A stretch of 63,596 bases of DNA, filler included, from Folioceros fuciformis (lineage: Eukaryota): the NCBI GenBank assembly GCA_049999805.1. It is 10 parts of 10 records of this genome, joined end to end, with 100 filler letters (N's around TTAATTAATTAA, not from the genome) between each part and the next. Parts side by side here need not be neighbours in the genome. Positions count along the whole stretch, not along the records: positions 45,709 to 60,541 come from JBNGIO010003931.1; positions 60,642 to 63,596 come from JBNGIO010003937.1; 8 more parts are not named here. One strand, given 5' to 3'. Position numbers and translations under genes: made by a program. Below are positions 47,800 through 60,807 of this stretch, one piece after another. Numbering within the stretch: the stretch's first letter is position 1; each line of letters begins with the position of its first letter. Under the pieces are notes generated by a model. It was not told where the DNA came from, did not search any database, and worked only from the letters and a program-made list of their open reading frames with translations.

Positions 47800-48327
47800 C
47801 CTCTAAATGTTCTTAAGAGATTGTATCTTCAGTTGCAAGGACTTAGATAACCTCTAAATGTTCTTAAGAGATTGTATCTTCAGTTGCAAGAAACTTAGAT
47901 AACCGAGAGTGAAATTAGTTGTTAAAGTGAATGGTGAGGAAATTTAATTCCTTGCTATTGTTAAGAATATAACCTTTACTTGACAAACAAGAGTTTGCTG
48001 ATGGAAAATGATGAGGATTGCTCAGTGGAAGGACCATTCCCTCAAGGCAAGTGGAAGGACCATTCCCTCAAGGCAAGTGGAAGGACCATTCCTTCCTCTG
48101 GACATATATAGCCTACACGAGAAAGGACCATTCCTTCCTCTGGACATATATAGCCTACACGAGAAAGGANNNNNNNNNNNNNNNNNNNNNNNNNNNNNNN
48201 NNNNNNNNNNNNNNNNNNNNNNNNNNNNNNNNNNNNNNNNNNNNNNNNNNNNNNNNNNNNNNNNNNNNNAAGGACCATTCCTTCCTCTGGACATATATAG
48301 CCTACACGAGAAAGGACCATTCCTTCC
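47800..48327. repeat. Cluster of direct repeats: 51-bp x2 (47800-47903), 26-bp x2-3 (48025-48090) and 42-bp array across a gap (48081-48327)
   Basis: Visible exact repeat units. Confidence 0.85.
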
Positions 48328-48933
48328 TAAGGACATATAATAATTCAACAACCCATGATAAGGCTAGAACCTGGTGTCCCTCGAAAACCAGAGAAGGATA
48401 TTTCCACAAAGTAAGGAAGGTTCCATCCTTTTAAATCATTAATTAATTAATTAATTAATTTCTGAACTGTAAACGACATGGCGGTTTTCAAGTCCCAAAC
48501 CAATTCTACATACCATTAATCTCAGCCTTTCCACCATCTCGAAAGGTGTCTTACATCGTCCATAGACACCTCGCAGGCTGAAGTCTAAAGCTCTGGCTCA
48601 CCCTCGCACAAACGTTTTCACGCGGAAATGTCGCATACGGAAATGTACTCACGAAAGCTGCGCAGATGATAGTAGCCCAAAAATGTACTCATGAAAGCTG
48701 CAAAGATATTGCCCCGAGTTAGCAGGTACTGGGGGAAGTGGAGACCGTCCACTCAAGGATCGACCCCTGCTGAAGCAAACTGAATGCGATAAGAAGGAGT
48801 ACTCACCGATTCTTCCGAGGGCAGAATGGAACACCGCGACAGGGAGCACAAAGAAACGCCGAAAGGAAACGCAAAATCCTCCTTGAAATCGCGAGTCCCG
48901 TGATTGAAACCACAGTCGACATCTCATCCGCGC

Positions 48934-51441
48934 TCACAGAAATTGCTGGCCCCGACCTCGGCCGCTTCCTGCCATTGCTGGTCCTCTGCCCCCTCCTCCA
49001 GCATACGGAGCTCCGGGCGGAAAGCCTCCCCCAACCGTATACCCTGTACCTCGTCCTACAGGACCTGGCAAGCTTGGTGGTGCCGTGTAGTTGAGAACTT
49101 GCTGCTGAGGGGGCCCCGGATATCCAGAAATGGGACCTCTGCCAACGTTGAAGCCACCTGCTCCCTGGTTGCTATGCATTGGACGACCGCCCTGCGAGTG
49201 TCTCTGGGGTCCAGGGGGGCCCCGGCCACTATGATAATGACCAGACCCTGAGGCTACCTGGGAAGGGTTGTGAGGAGGGTAACCGGCTCCCATTCTGGGA
49301 GCAGTATCCTGCACACCATGGTGTTGAAAGCGATTGTGACGCTGCTGGTGAGTCTTCTGTCGCTTAGCCACGTCATCTTGTTGCTCTCGATGTGGATGTC
49401 GCTTTTTCTTAGTTTGGTACTCATGGGAAGCCTCATACTTTGGAAGACTGAAATGCAAATATGTCGGCAGTGTTAAGAATGTGACAGTTGCCTCACAAGC
49501 AGGTAACACACCACCGCATAGCGGACTGACAGATTTCCAACCGAGATAATTGAAGACAAGCACCAGGACAGAATTGGAGGGTATTTTCTATGGTGATTAC
49601 CAACCTGCCTGGAGCAGCGGGAAAAGGATCTGTCCAAAAGTATTCAGCATCCAGTGCGTCCTTAGCTGTGATCCTCTGCAAAGACATCGAGTTTCATTGA
49701 CAGAATGCCACCACCTGACTAAGTCATGGCCTGTTTAACCCCATAAATAAGTGTCCCAGGCAAAGCATACACACCTGCGCAGGATCCAGAGTGAGCATGC
49801 GCTCAACAAGGTCTAGAGCATGACGATCGAAGCTGCCGGTTGACATAGTAGTCAGCTATCAGATTTGGCTCCCACTGGGACATGCGATAATTAAAAGCAG
49901 CAACAGGGAGATGGGTTATTTCCGTTGTGGGTACTTACTGTTTGAACACATCCCTCACTTGACGTTTCATGGTTCGTTCAGGCTTTACGTCGTGATACCA
50001 TGGCAGCTTTGAGACACCAGGCCATAGGCCCTCGTCAGGAGATCCACACAACTCAAAGATTTTGTTGATCTGCTCGGCCTGCAACCTCAAAAGGTCACCT
50101 CTTAGACAGAAGTCTACCGTATAAGTTACAATGAAATGGTGTACGTCAACTACCTCATGTGTGCCCGGAAGAATAGCTTTCCCCTGGAGAAGCTCAGCAA
50201 ATATGCATCCGACAGACCACATATCCACTGGTGGTCCATATCTAGTGGATCCCATAAGCAACTCTGGAGGTCTGCACACACGTGATTGGACTTGACGTGA
50301 AGCAAAAAGAGGGAGGCCATCCATACTGCAGAAGGCAACTTAAAAATGAAACATACCTGTACCATAGTGTGATCACTCTGTTAGTCAATGCGCCATTGTT
50401 ATCATTAGAAAATGACCTTGCAAGTCCAAAATCCGCGAGTTTCAATATTCCGTTGTTGTTGATCAAAAGATTTGAGCCTGAAAGCCTCACACACCATCAA
50501 CGATCGTCCTCCTCTAGACTATAGCCTGACGCATTGCAAGCAGCTGCCAGCCAGCAATCTCACCCTTGATGTCTCGATGAAGAACTTGGTTCACGTGGCA
50601 GTAGTGAAGACCAGTTAGCAGCTGCTTCATGTAACACTGCGGACACCAAGGAGTGGATCCCTGAGGTGTGCACAGTCACAGTAGTGAAAGAACTCTCACT
50701 GATGGAGGCTAACCTTTATCTGCGGCACAGTGAAGTGCATTCCCGGTCTGGCAGCGAGACCAGTCAGGTCATGGTCCATGTACTCAAACACCATGTAAAT
50801 ACTTCCTTTATATTTCTGACTCTCAACAGCACCTCCACCCTTCCCTTGGTCATCATTTTCATGTCCTGCCAGCATCGTGCACAAGCCTAAACTCAGACAC
50901 TTTCCCTGACGCAAACCCTAGAGTGGCGCACAGAATCCCACCCATACCTTTGGATGTCACAATCTCCTTTAGCTTGATGACGTTGTCATGCTGCAGCTTC
51001 TTGAGAATCTTGATTTCCCGGATGGCGGTAATCGGAAACTGCACAGTTGGCGCAGATGGAGTAGAGGCATTACCCTCTAAGCGGCCCAATTGAGTAATTT
51101 GAAAGATGGAGCGTAGGGACAGATACAGTGACGCACGCACTTCACAAATATTACATACATACCCCCTCCTTCTCGTTGTCCATTCTGATCTTTTTCAGCG
51201 CAACAATCTCCCCCGTGGCCTTCTCGCTTGCCATGTAAACTTGCCTGCAACAACAACAAACAGCGGAATCTCAGCCCGCGCTTCTGCTTAAAAAATCAGC
51301 CACGGCAAACGCCACATGTGCAATAACCAACCCGTAAGTCCCTTCTCCAATCTGTTCGATCTTGTCAAAGCAATCCACGCTGCGAGAACCCCAAGATGGG
51401 GACTCCTCTAGGTTCAGCTGGCCCGGGCCAGCCACCGCCAT
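48934..51441 (-). CDS. CDKC: Cyclin-dependent kinase C (CDK9-like), multi-exon
   Basis: [66 protein letters not shown] and [15 protein letters not shown] motifs, followed by a Gly/Pro-rich tail. Confidence 0.97.
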
Positions 51442-51764
51442 ACTTCCCCTCTTTCCGCTCAGAAGCCAAGATTTTCAAGGGATGCAGCTCCAAACTGTGG
51501 CAATGACAGCTTTCCCCGCATGCAATGTGCAGCTTCGGATACACGCATACAGCTTGAGGCAATGTTGTGAGTCGTCACGCTCCAACTTGAATCTTGGTAC
51601 GCATAAAGGCTTTCCAGCTCGCATGAAAGCCTTGCACTCCTAACCGAGCGAATTTGTTATAACGCAGTATCTACAAAAGTACATGAACACAGTAGTTAAC
51701 CGCAGGGCCTCATATGTCGGATAAGACGAGTTCTACTCTTTGGCGGTAGAGGAAGAAGGCCGAG
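51442..51764. promoter_or_regulatory. Divergent intergenic region shared by CDKC and PnsB4 (323 bp between ATGs)
   Basis: Head-to-head ATGs at 51441 (-) and 51765 (+). I-box-like GATAAG at 51720. Confidence 0.6.
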
Positions 51765-52880
51765 ATGGCGATGGCGCAGCCGAGCTTGGCAGCGCAGCAT
51801 TCCTTGCCCCGAGTGGGAGTGCCGGGGCTCAGCAGGCTGCCGTCAGATGCATCTCCCTCACGCGCCTCCACGGTGCGATTCCTTGGTATCTGCTGTTTCA
51901 GCTTGTCTCATTCCGGCAGCGTCTCCAATACTGGGGCTGGGGTGTTTCGTTTGTGTGGCAGAGCTGTCCAGGCATGCCCCGTTGTGGTGGAACGCAGCTT
52001 TCCAGGTTGTCATGGGCTGAAAGAGCGAAGCATCGAGAAGTGCAGGTGCGTCCTTTTGTTTGCATCTCTTTGCAAGAAGCAGCGCAAGCGAACGTTGTTG
52101 TAGTCTGCTAGGAGTATGGTTTTGGTGCTGAAGTCAAGAGAATTCAGTGGAACGAACACTCCGCACTCGGGGTCAGAAGGCAAAGCCGGAATGTGTCTGC
52201 GGCCGCGGTAGGATATGCTGAGGGCGTGGAATTCGTCAGAATAGTCAACGACTGGTCGCCTTCGGAGGAGAGCATTAAGACTCTGTGTGAGTAGAAGATT
52301 AGAGACCTCTGTGAGTAGTAGATTACGCTGATGTGCTGAGATTTCTTCGGCATCAGGTTTCTTGCCACTTCGTGTGTTGACGTCTGTTGGAGCTTGCCAC
52401 TGCAGATCTGATTATTGCTTGCTTCTTCTCCTGGGGATGCTGCGTTTTCGGGTCCATGAAGGTGAGTTGTGATTGGTTAGCATTTGTTGTGATTAGGACG
52501 TGTTGTAGCCACACCTGTCGCCTGAGGCCACTCGTTTGATGCCTGTCTGCAGGATCCTTTTTACGACAGCGATGGTTATCGAGGCGACGGAGGCAACGGC
52601 ACTCAGTACTGGATTTATGACAGGGTAAAGTATCACGAACAATTTTTAGTGTTTCCTTTGCGTAAAGTTTGCACCGTGGGACCGCTTTCGAATGGACGTT
52701 TTGAAATTTGAGTCTTGCCTGCAGCAAGAAGTCGCTGAAGAGAAGGCTCGCGAGGCACTGTGGAGGGAGGAGCTGTTGCAAGAGATCGAAGGGAAGATTG
52801 GAGAATTAGGGGAGCTGGCAGAGCCGGAAGAGTTGGGAAAATTGCAACTCGAAGAGGAGAAGGTGAAAGAGCTGGTGTAA
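51765..52880 (+). CDS. PnsB4: Photosynthetic NDH subcomplex B subunit 4 (NDF6). Exons 51765-51872, 52112-52286, 52406-52461, 52553-52624, 52725-52880.
   Basis: Spliced product ...SIKTLYLIIACFFSWGCCVFGSMKDPFYDSDGYRGDGGNGTQYWIYDRQEVAEEKAREALWREELLQEIEGKIG... matches the PnsB4 signature (KDPFYDS..YRGDGG.GT..W...LWREEL). Confidence 0.9.
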
Positions 52881-53039
52881 GATATTTGGACGACCCGGTG
52901 TTTGCGATGGGTGCTTTGTTGTCTTCCTGTAATTAAAAGATTTGCCACTAAGTATTGTAAGTCTGATTTCAACTGTACATTGAGCGCTCCGCTTCCGCAC
53001 ATTGAAAATCTTTAACCAATTTTTCCCACCAAGTTGGTG

Positions 53040-54740
53040 TTAGGATTGAACAGGGAGTCTCCTCTTCTCCTCGCCCACAAGAATCACTAGAGTAGAAAAA
53101 ACCGCGCATTCCTGCTGGTTAACCCAGCACGTGATAAAGTGCGTCTTTCTGCGGGCCGAGTGCAATTTCTTGCAGAGGGAGAAGTCTCTTTCACTTAGTC
53201 CCGATCTGATGAATCCTGGAACTCTAGCTCTGCCTCCATCCTCCATCACAGCGTCCTTAATCGGAGTATACCTGCGAGGCGCACTGCCCCTTCGTTTTCC
53301 CGTCGCTTGCCCTCCCTTGAAATCCTTCAGTGCACTTCCTACAAGCCTCTGCAGATCCGCAAGCGCACAGATAACCCCTGCCTTACCTGTTTCCAGCAGA
53401 GCTGAAGTGTCATCAAAGAGCCCCACGCCAAGTCTATACCCTCCAGTATGCCTAAACACTGGGGAGCAAATCTTCTCGAGGCAGGCAGTCAAAGCAGTGC
53501 TGACAGACTCAGGTGCAAAGGACTCTCCTAACACCTCCGAGATGCTAAGCAGTGTGGAAGCGGCATCTAGTGCATCACTCCTCCAGTCTCCATTGAACAA
53601 GCGCGCCGTGAAGCAGTAACTATACAGAATCTCCGCTAGGTGATACGCAAGCAAAGGTGACGGCTTCACAGGGGTGAGCTGCGACACTGGAGGCAGAGGC
53701 CTCTCTGGGGGCGCTGGTATATCTGCTACTGCAGCTTCGGAGCCACCGCCTTCTTCTTCACCAAGAATCTGTACTCGACGAGTACCATGTTTTGTCAGAA
53801 TAATCGTCCTCGCGGCTGGATTATACCACCATGGCTCCCACGGTATGATCATGTGACTGAGCTCACCAGCTGCCACAGCACGCAGAAATGCCTTTCTCTC
53901 CTCTGCAGAGAGATGCTCGAGTGAGTAGTCCCCTCCTGACACAGTGAATTGAGTGAAAAGCGATGAGCCAGGGTTCCACAGCGACAGTGAAGGCGTGGGC
54001 ACATCAAGGTACAGCAAGAGCCTCTCGCCTTACCGGCACTCAATCGTTGGATGGTCTCGTCCGATAAGAAACTATCTGCAGCACACCAACTCACAGACAA
54101 CGAAGGTCGTTCATCAACAAAGAAGATCTTCAGAGCCACGGCCGCCGCTGCCAATCAAAGCATTAGCAACATCCGAACAAGGGAAAAGAATTAACCTCCA
54201 AATGAGCGCACCAGCTGTATCTCGATCATCCATGTCGTCAGCATCCTCTAAATCATCCAAAATACTCCTTCCTTCCTCATCGAAGTGAACCCTCTTCAAA
54301 GACTCTACCATCTTCTTCTTGTTCTCCTCCGTCACCCTAAGGTCCTTCATCTCCGCCAAACAGTTCTCCCGATGGAAGGACTCGGTGCACCGCAGACTAT
54401 GAGCCTGCAACCATCACAACCGTAAACACGATCACTTCACAGCCACCCCCGCGCAGGCACGCTGAGCCGATCCGGGCAACACAAGCCAGGAGCAGCCACC
54501 TTGTAGCACTGTAGACAGCAATACCGCAGACTGCATCGAGGACACGTGTACTTGGCATACTGCTTCTGGCATCTGGTCCATCGGAAACAACTTCGTCAAA
54601 CAACTCCCTCCATCGGATCAGCAAAAAGAGACAGAACATATACAAGACACGCACACTCTACAGAAAACGTTCTGCTCCATTATAGCAGAGCTCGAGCTCG
54701 GCATAGACGTAGTGATGCCGAAAGCACCAGAGCCAGCCAT
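53040..54740 (-). CDS. ZNHIT2: Zinc finger HIT domain protein 2-like, multi-exon
   Basis: Spliced zf-HIT CRVCQKQYAKYTCPRCSLRYCCLQCYKAHSLRCTESFHRE, plus downstream LSAEERKAFLRAV..PWEPWW and LYSYCFTARLFNGDW motifs. Confidence 0.88.
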
Positions 54741-55229
54741 GCGTCTGAAATCCTCCTCCGCTCGCCTTCACCCTAATCCCAAGCTGTGACTCACACCACC
54801 TCTGATTCGCAAAAGCTTCAGAAGTGCGTGACCAGCGAATTTAACCTCGACTTACGCCCTCTCCTCAAAGGCTGATGCAGGGCCATTGGTCGCTTTCTCC
54901 CAAAGCGCGCGACATTCTAGCTGGTCACCGCAAAAGGGCTTGCAAGCCAAGCCCAAATCCAGCAACGAGGCAAGAGTGCGAGCGCTTTTGGACGTTAAGC
55001 AAACCCAGACATTACTAGGAGGTACATTTAGCCACATGAATTAAACTGCGAGTCTCTGGACATACCGTTCAATGAAACTTGATGTCTTCATATCCTGCAG
55101 AATACCAATATGGACCTAGGTCCACGATTAAATTTTTATTTTCAACTGTATGTTTTACACCTTCTTAACCCATACGGATTTTAGGGCTCCGTTTGTCTTA
55201 CTTTTTTTTTTTTTTTTTTCCTATTTGTC

Positions 55230-57130
55230 ATTGCCACTTGAGTGGAATGATAAGAACAACACAAAGAATCTTCTCTAGCCCATACCTCTGTTTCTTCTGT
55301 GGTCCATAACTTTGTGTCTTCTCGATTCACAATCTTTTCCTTTCCGGTTCAAGGGCATACGTGTAGCTCGAGGAAGGATGCGCTCTCTTCAATCATAGAG
55401 TTGGGGCCACAATCTAGGAACGGGTATACGTTGCTATCTAAGCAGGATTGCTTGCAACACTAACTGAGGTTGCAATGTTACATGCTTGGTTCAGTGCTCC
55501 TCAAGGTTCCATGGGTTCCTCCATAAAGTGAATCTACCAAAACGGCCCTTTAGTCTACCCACCACCAAGCTCCCCTATTTCATTCTTTGTGATTAGGTTG
55601 TTTAGGGGCATGGATGTTGTTGTGCTTGCAACCCACATTATAGTGCATAGACAACCATGCTAGCTTTCCTCCTAAGTATGCAATAGGCCCATGGAATTGC
55701 CTGCATTCTTAACTCAAATTTCGTGTCGCACTTGTGGATAGGCCTAATAGAGTGCGTAGAATTGGAACTCGAATTCCATGTCACACTTGTAGATAGACCC
55801 AATAGAGTACGAAGAACTGGAAGATTATCCTTGTAGATTGTGGTGACCTTGTAGATTATCCCTTCATAGTGGGTTCCAGAGTACGTTGCCAATGGATCAT
55901 GTAGAGTGCGTTGCAGTTAGTCCATATGCACTACATTGTACATTGTCCATGCAAAATTGCCATGCCGCTTACCCTCAATTGCCTTGCAGATTGCAAATGG
56001 CTATGGGTGTCACTCTCTCACACACCTTGGTGTGAGCAGCTGTAGGGAGGGATCAAAGAGCTTAATTATAGATAAGGGTGCCATGCCTTAGGGCTTGCAA
56101 ATGTCTTCAAGGGCTGCAAGAGTAGTGTACAGATGCTAATTCTAATTATAAATGTCCTTGCAGATGGCAGGTCCAAATTGTCTCGCAGATGGCCTTACAC
56201 CTTGCACTTTGTAACTAACATGTGCAAGGTGAACGTGAGGATTCCATATGCAAGTTGTCTTAAAGGGAGCGGCTGTAGTTTGCCTTGCTATTTGCATTGT
56301 AGATCATGGGCTACACATAGCCCTGTAGGTTTAAGTCGCGGATTCTCTTGGTACAGGGCTTGCGAAACGCTTGGACATTGCATTGCACATAACGAGATCC
56401 AATGTGGTTGTAGAAGCCCTTGTAGAATGCCTCCCACCTTATCTTTCATAACCCCTTGTAACTTACAAGTGCCTTCCAGGTTGCATGTATGTATCGTAGT
56501 CACAACCCTAAGCCTTCCACAGTGTTGTGTGTGGTGTGCAGGCCTTGCAGGTTTACCAGGACTATGCATATGCAAAGGGATTGGAGAGCATGAACTTCGT
56601 CCTTGACACGTATCGACTTCACTTGGTTTTAACAACGCTGTGTAGAGAGTGCAAGAGTAAGATGGAGCCATTGGAGGTGTACTTGCAGGCATGGACGGAG
56701 AGGAGGCCATGGAGCGGCATTTGTCTTCTATGATCTTTGGAGTAGTGTGGGGTCTTCCAGTAAAGGCCCATGGACACCGTTGTTGGGTCATGGTGCCTTC
56801 GAGGCTTGGAATAAAGATTGTATGCTTCCATTCCCCCTGTTGTAGCCAAAGGTGTTGTAAGAGATCAGAGGCTTGGAATAAAGGTTGTATGCTTCCTTTC
56901 CCCCTATAGTAGCCCAAGGTGTTATAAGACGATCGTTGCATGGAGAGAGATAGACTTGGCTGCTGGCCACGACCATTCCCTTGACCGTTCCCTTGAGGAA
57001 GAAAGGTTTTGGTTCAGGAGAAGGAGAGAGATGGACTTAGCTACTGGCCACGACCCTTCCCTGGTGGAAGAATGGCTTGGGTTCGAGAGAAGGAGATGAC
57101 TTGGTTCGCATCGTATTGTGCCCTCGAACC
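55230..57130. mobile_element. Probable degenerate transposon-derived intergenic DNA (family unresolved)
   Basis: Broken coding-like fragments, a GRLKGRF-like stretch on the minus strand near 55550, and internal direct repeats at 56800-56900. Confidence 0.3.
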
Positions 57131-58030
57131 CTAGAAACCATAAAAGAAATAAAAGTCTATAAAGTGAGTGAAAAGGATTTAAAAGTGTAATATGTTTAGT
57201 GAGAGCCAGATTAGGACGCCCTGATAGCCGGCCACTACGGGACCATATACTCTATGGTAGTATCCATATTCCATAAATACTTTTGCAAAGAAAAACGGTG
57301 ATTTGTTGATTGGAACACATTCATTTATTGATATTACTTAGAAGATGCGAACAAATGGTATGAATGGCCTACGTATTTCTGGACAATACCGAGTGAAACT
57401 ACTGGATATGTATCAGGAATAAGGTCCACCGGAATGTCGGATATTCTGCGCATTAATATCGCATCGGTCAGGAAAGACCGGCTATTTTTAAGGTGACCTG
57501 CATCGCAACTCCGGTTACCCCCTTTGCGTCCGCCTTCTTCCTCGAGGCTGGCAGTGGACATTTCGACTCGGCGTTTGTGCTTCACTTCCATCTTCAGAAT
57601 TGCGTGAAGCTGTCCGGCGCAGCGGCTACCGCCTGTCCCCGGCTCTGGTATGGTGTCCTGCTGTGACAAAAACTCCCTGATTGGCACCGACCTCGCTGCT
57701 GAAGCTTCGGCGATCGTTGTTAGGGATGTTGGCAATTTCTGGCTAGCCCGGCTGATGCGGGAGCTGTTTGCTGCACGAGCTCGAAATTTGAGGTTGATGC
57801 TCGCTGGTGCTGGTTTTTATTGCGTGGGATGCTGGTGTGCAGGTGTGTGAGATTTCTGTTTGGCCTTTGGAGCTCTCCGTGGGAGTGGAGAGTGTTTTCT
57901 GCTGGAGTCACGGGGACGGAAGAAGAGGGGACTTAAAGAGGATAGTCTTGAATTGTAGGCAGCTGGAGGGAGGACGGACGACCTGGTACAGTACGTTGTG
58001 TTGTGACAGGCTGCGGAAGGTGTGGCCATC

Positions 58031-59681
58031 ATGTCGGATAACATGAGAGAAAAGTGGAATTTGATTGGCGAGAGGCTGAAGATCGGGGGTGCGGAGGCGA
58101 GCCGAAAGTTGAGTGCTGGGATGAATACTTTCAGCGGCAAAGTTAAGGAGTTGCTTTCGGTCGCCTCGCAGGCGGATAAGCTGGTTGAAGCTGCTACCGC
58201 GGAGAACTTGACCGGGCCAGACTGGCACAGGAGTCTTGAACTCTGCGATCTGGTGAATACGGAGAAGATTAGCGGACAGGATGCTGTTCGGGCTATCAAG
58301 AAGCGTCTGTTGTTCAGGAACTCTACGGTGCAGCTTCTTGCGCTCACTCTCCTGGAGACTTGCGTGAAGAATTGTGAAAAGATGTTCTCAGAGGTGGCAT
58401 CGGAGAAGGTTCTGGACGAGATGGTGAAAATTATTGACGACCGATTGGCTCCGGTAGAGATAAGGGAGAAGGCTTTAAAGCTCATTGAATCTTGGGGTGA
58501 GTCGTCGGAAGAACTCCGGTACTTGCCAGTGTTTGAAGAAACTTACAAGGTACCAGTTTACTTTGACTGCTTGTTTTCTTTTTTTTTCCCAGCAAACTAG
58601 ATCTGTGGCTGTAGATTGACAGCGTTGCAGACGGCTTCATCCCATGGGAAGCTGTAACTACAATTTTGCATACTACTTCATCTCATCATGAGGCTTCTGG
58701 CGGAAGGATTCATGTAGTTCCTCGCTGGAGGAACAGATAGACCTAGTGTGAAATGTACATGCTGCAGATGCCTTCCTGCTTACGTTTCTCTCTTATGTGA
58801 CCAGAGCTTGAAATCCAGAGGAGTCAGGTTTCCTGGGAGAGATGCCGAGAGCTTGGCCCCTATCTTCACTCCTCCACAATCAGTGGCTACAGTCATTCCT
58901 GTGGACAACTCGATGGCAAGTCAGGGGCGTGACTTGACACCTTCGGATCCGAAAGAGACTCTCGATGTTGCACGTAACAGTGTGGAGCTACTTTCGACCG
59001 TCTTGACTTCGTCTCCCCAGAACGAGATCCTGAAGGTGTGTACTCCTGTTATTCTGCAATGCAGCCTCTGTTTGGTGAATTTGCAATCTTTCCTCAAGGC
59101 TCCATTTAATGGATGTTTGGTCTATGAATGGGGCAAGAAGTGGGTGAATTATGAATATATCATTGCTGAAGTCCTGGTTTACGTATATGGTATCTCTCCA
59201 ATGTGATCAGTGGCACCCAAAGTAGTTGGGCATAGGCTGTCTGTTGCTCATGGCCAATAAATACTGCGCTCGTGTCGTCTGGTCCACGCATGGAACTGCT
59301 CCCCATTTGGATTCCATGTTGCAGGATGAGCTCACAACCACCTTGGTGGAGCAGTGTCGACAATCCCAATTCAGTGTACAGAGGATAATTGAGCGGTCAG
59401 GGGATAATGACCCTCTTATGTTTGAGGCCCTAAATGTGAATGATGATCTGCAACGAGTGTTATCCAAGTACGAGGAATTTGTGAAAGGGCAAGAAGTTCC
59501 AGAGGAGGCTCCGCAGCCTGCCGTGGCTCAGGTCGAAGCATTGGAAGAAGAGGAGTTACATCCCGGAGATCGAGAGGATGCATTGGTCCGCAATCGCCCC
59601 AACAAACCTCCAGTTTCTCGTCATCCACAGGGGGATGATGCAGCTGTTGCAGATTTCGATGAAATGATTTTTGGGCTTTAG
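58031..59681 (+). CDS. TOM1-like VHS-GAT protein (TOL1-like). Exons 58031-58549, 58805-59035, 59325-59681.
   Basis: MSDNMREKWNLIGERLKIGG..., VHS domain (ATAENLTGPDW...LLETCVKNC...EETYKSLKSRGVRFPGRD) and GAT domain (ELLSTVL...DELTTTLVEQC...FEALNVNDDLQRVLSKYEE). Confidence 0.93.
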
Positions 59682-60641
59682 GTTGGCGGTCCTGTTGTAG
59701 GAGATTGTGACACATCCTAATCAGGATCTGTGGGGAACAGCTGCCTGTGGTTACGCACATAATTGACAAGTGTGATGTGAAATATTACACGAGGAAGGCA
59801 GCTCTTATTAAGCTATATATATTTATAGAGCGCATTCAGAACCTTTCAATGGTACATACCCTACCGACGGCCCACCTTAGATAATTGAATGTGATGGTTT
59901 TTCTCTCTTTCTTCTGATGTGCAGCAGCATCAAAGGTTCCCAAGGAAATTGTCTTTAACCTCATCAGACACTGGTGGCATCCCTGGTTCAAATATTCCAG
60001 GCTCGGTATTGGGAGTCATGGTACGTAACTTGGGTCGTCGTCACCTGTTAGACTGATGAATGACGGCCCGCTTTTGCTCGGTCCTTTCTTTCGCCTTGTT
60101 TCCGTGTGCTCTGGCCCTGCCCTTGCGCTTTCACCCATATAGACTGGGCAGTAAACATAGACCTGGTTTCGACGTCAGCACGTACTATTTACTTCCTGCC
60201 AGGGTCCTTCCCAGGTAGGCGATTGCTGAGTAGGTGGATCTGTGGTCAAAGGGCCAGGCTCTCTTCCCTTTGCTACCCCCTCTCACGTAGCTAGCTAGAC
60301 CAGGGTCCTCGGATGAAGACACCGGAGTGTGCGTGTTTTGTGTGAGTTTTCCATGGCGGTGAGTTCCACCAACTCTGAGCTTTGATCTGTAGGGGGGACC
60401 TGCTGGTCTGGGGCTGGCCGGATTTGGTCAGGGCGAGCAGGAAGAGGACGACGACGACGACGACGACAGCGATTGATTCAATTACGCAGGGATTCTGGAA
60501 AGGTACACTGGAAGTATCTATATGGTAGCAGATTTGTACTTNNNNNNNNNNNNNNNNNNNNNNNNNNNNNNNNNNNNNNNNNNNNTTAATTAATTAANNN
60601 NNNNNNNNNNNNNNNNNNNNNNNNNNNNNNNNNNNNNNNNN

Positions 60642-60807
60642 CGAATCCATCATCGAGTCGATCAAGTCCGACCCTCCATCCACAGCAGCAAGGAACCCCA
60701 TCGCTCCTTCGTAGGAACGAAACCCAATGTCTCAACGACAGTGGGATAAGTGTGGCCACTAAAGGTGGAACCCGTTGGCAATCAATGCCCGGGGTTTTGC
60801 CTCCACA
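60642..60807 (+). mobile_element. Athila-like LTR 3' end (copy 4) inserted in other TE-like DNA
   Basis: Near-identical to 12071-12236. Confidence 0.85.

Noticed and set aside
48438..48460. (TTAA)n run identical to the artificial linker
   Set aside because: Not flanked by Ns and longer than 12 bp, so it is most likely a natural microsatellite.
30761..52880. RBCS + PURU + PnsB4 as a photosynthesis/photorespiration cluster, and CFS1 + TOL as an ESCRT cluster
   Set aside because: The genes are separated by artificial linker joints (32362, 45653) and by unrelated genes.
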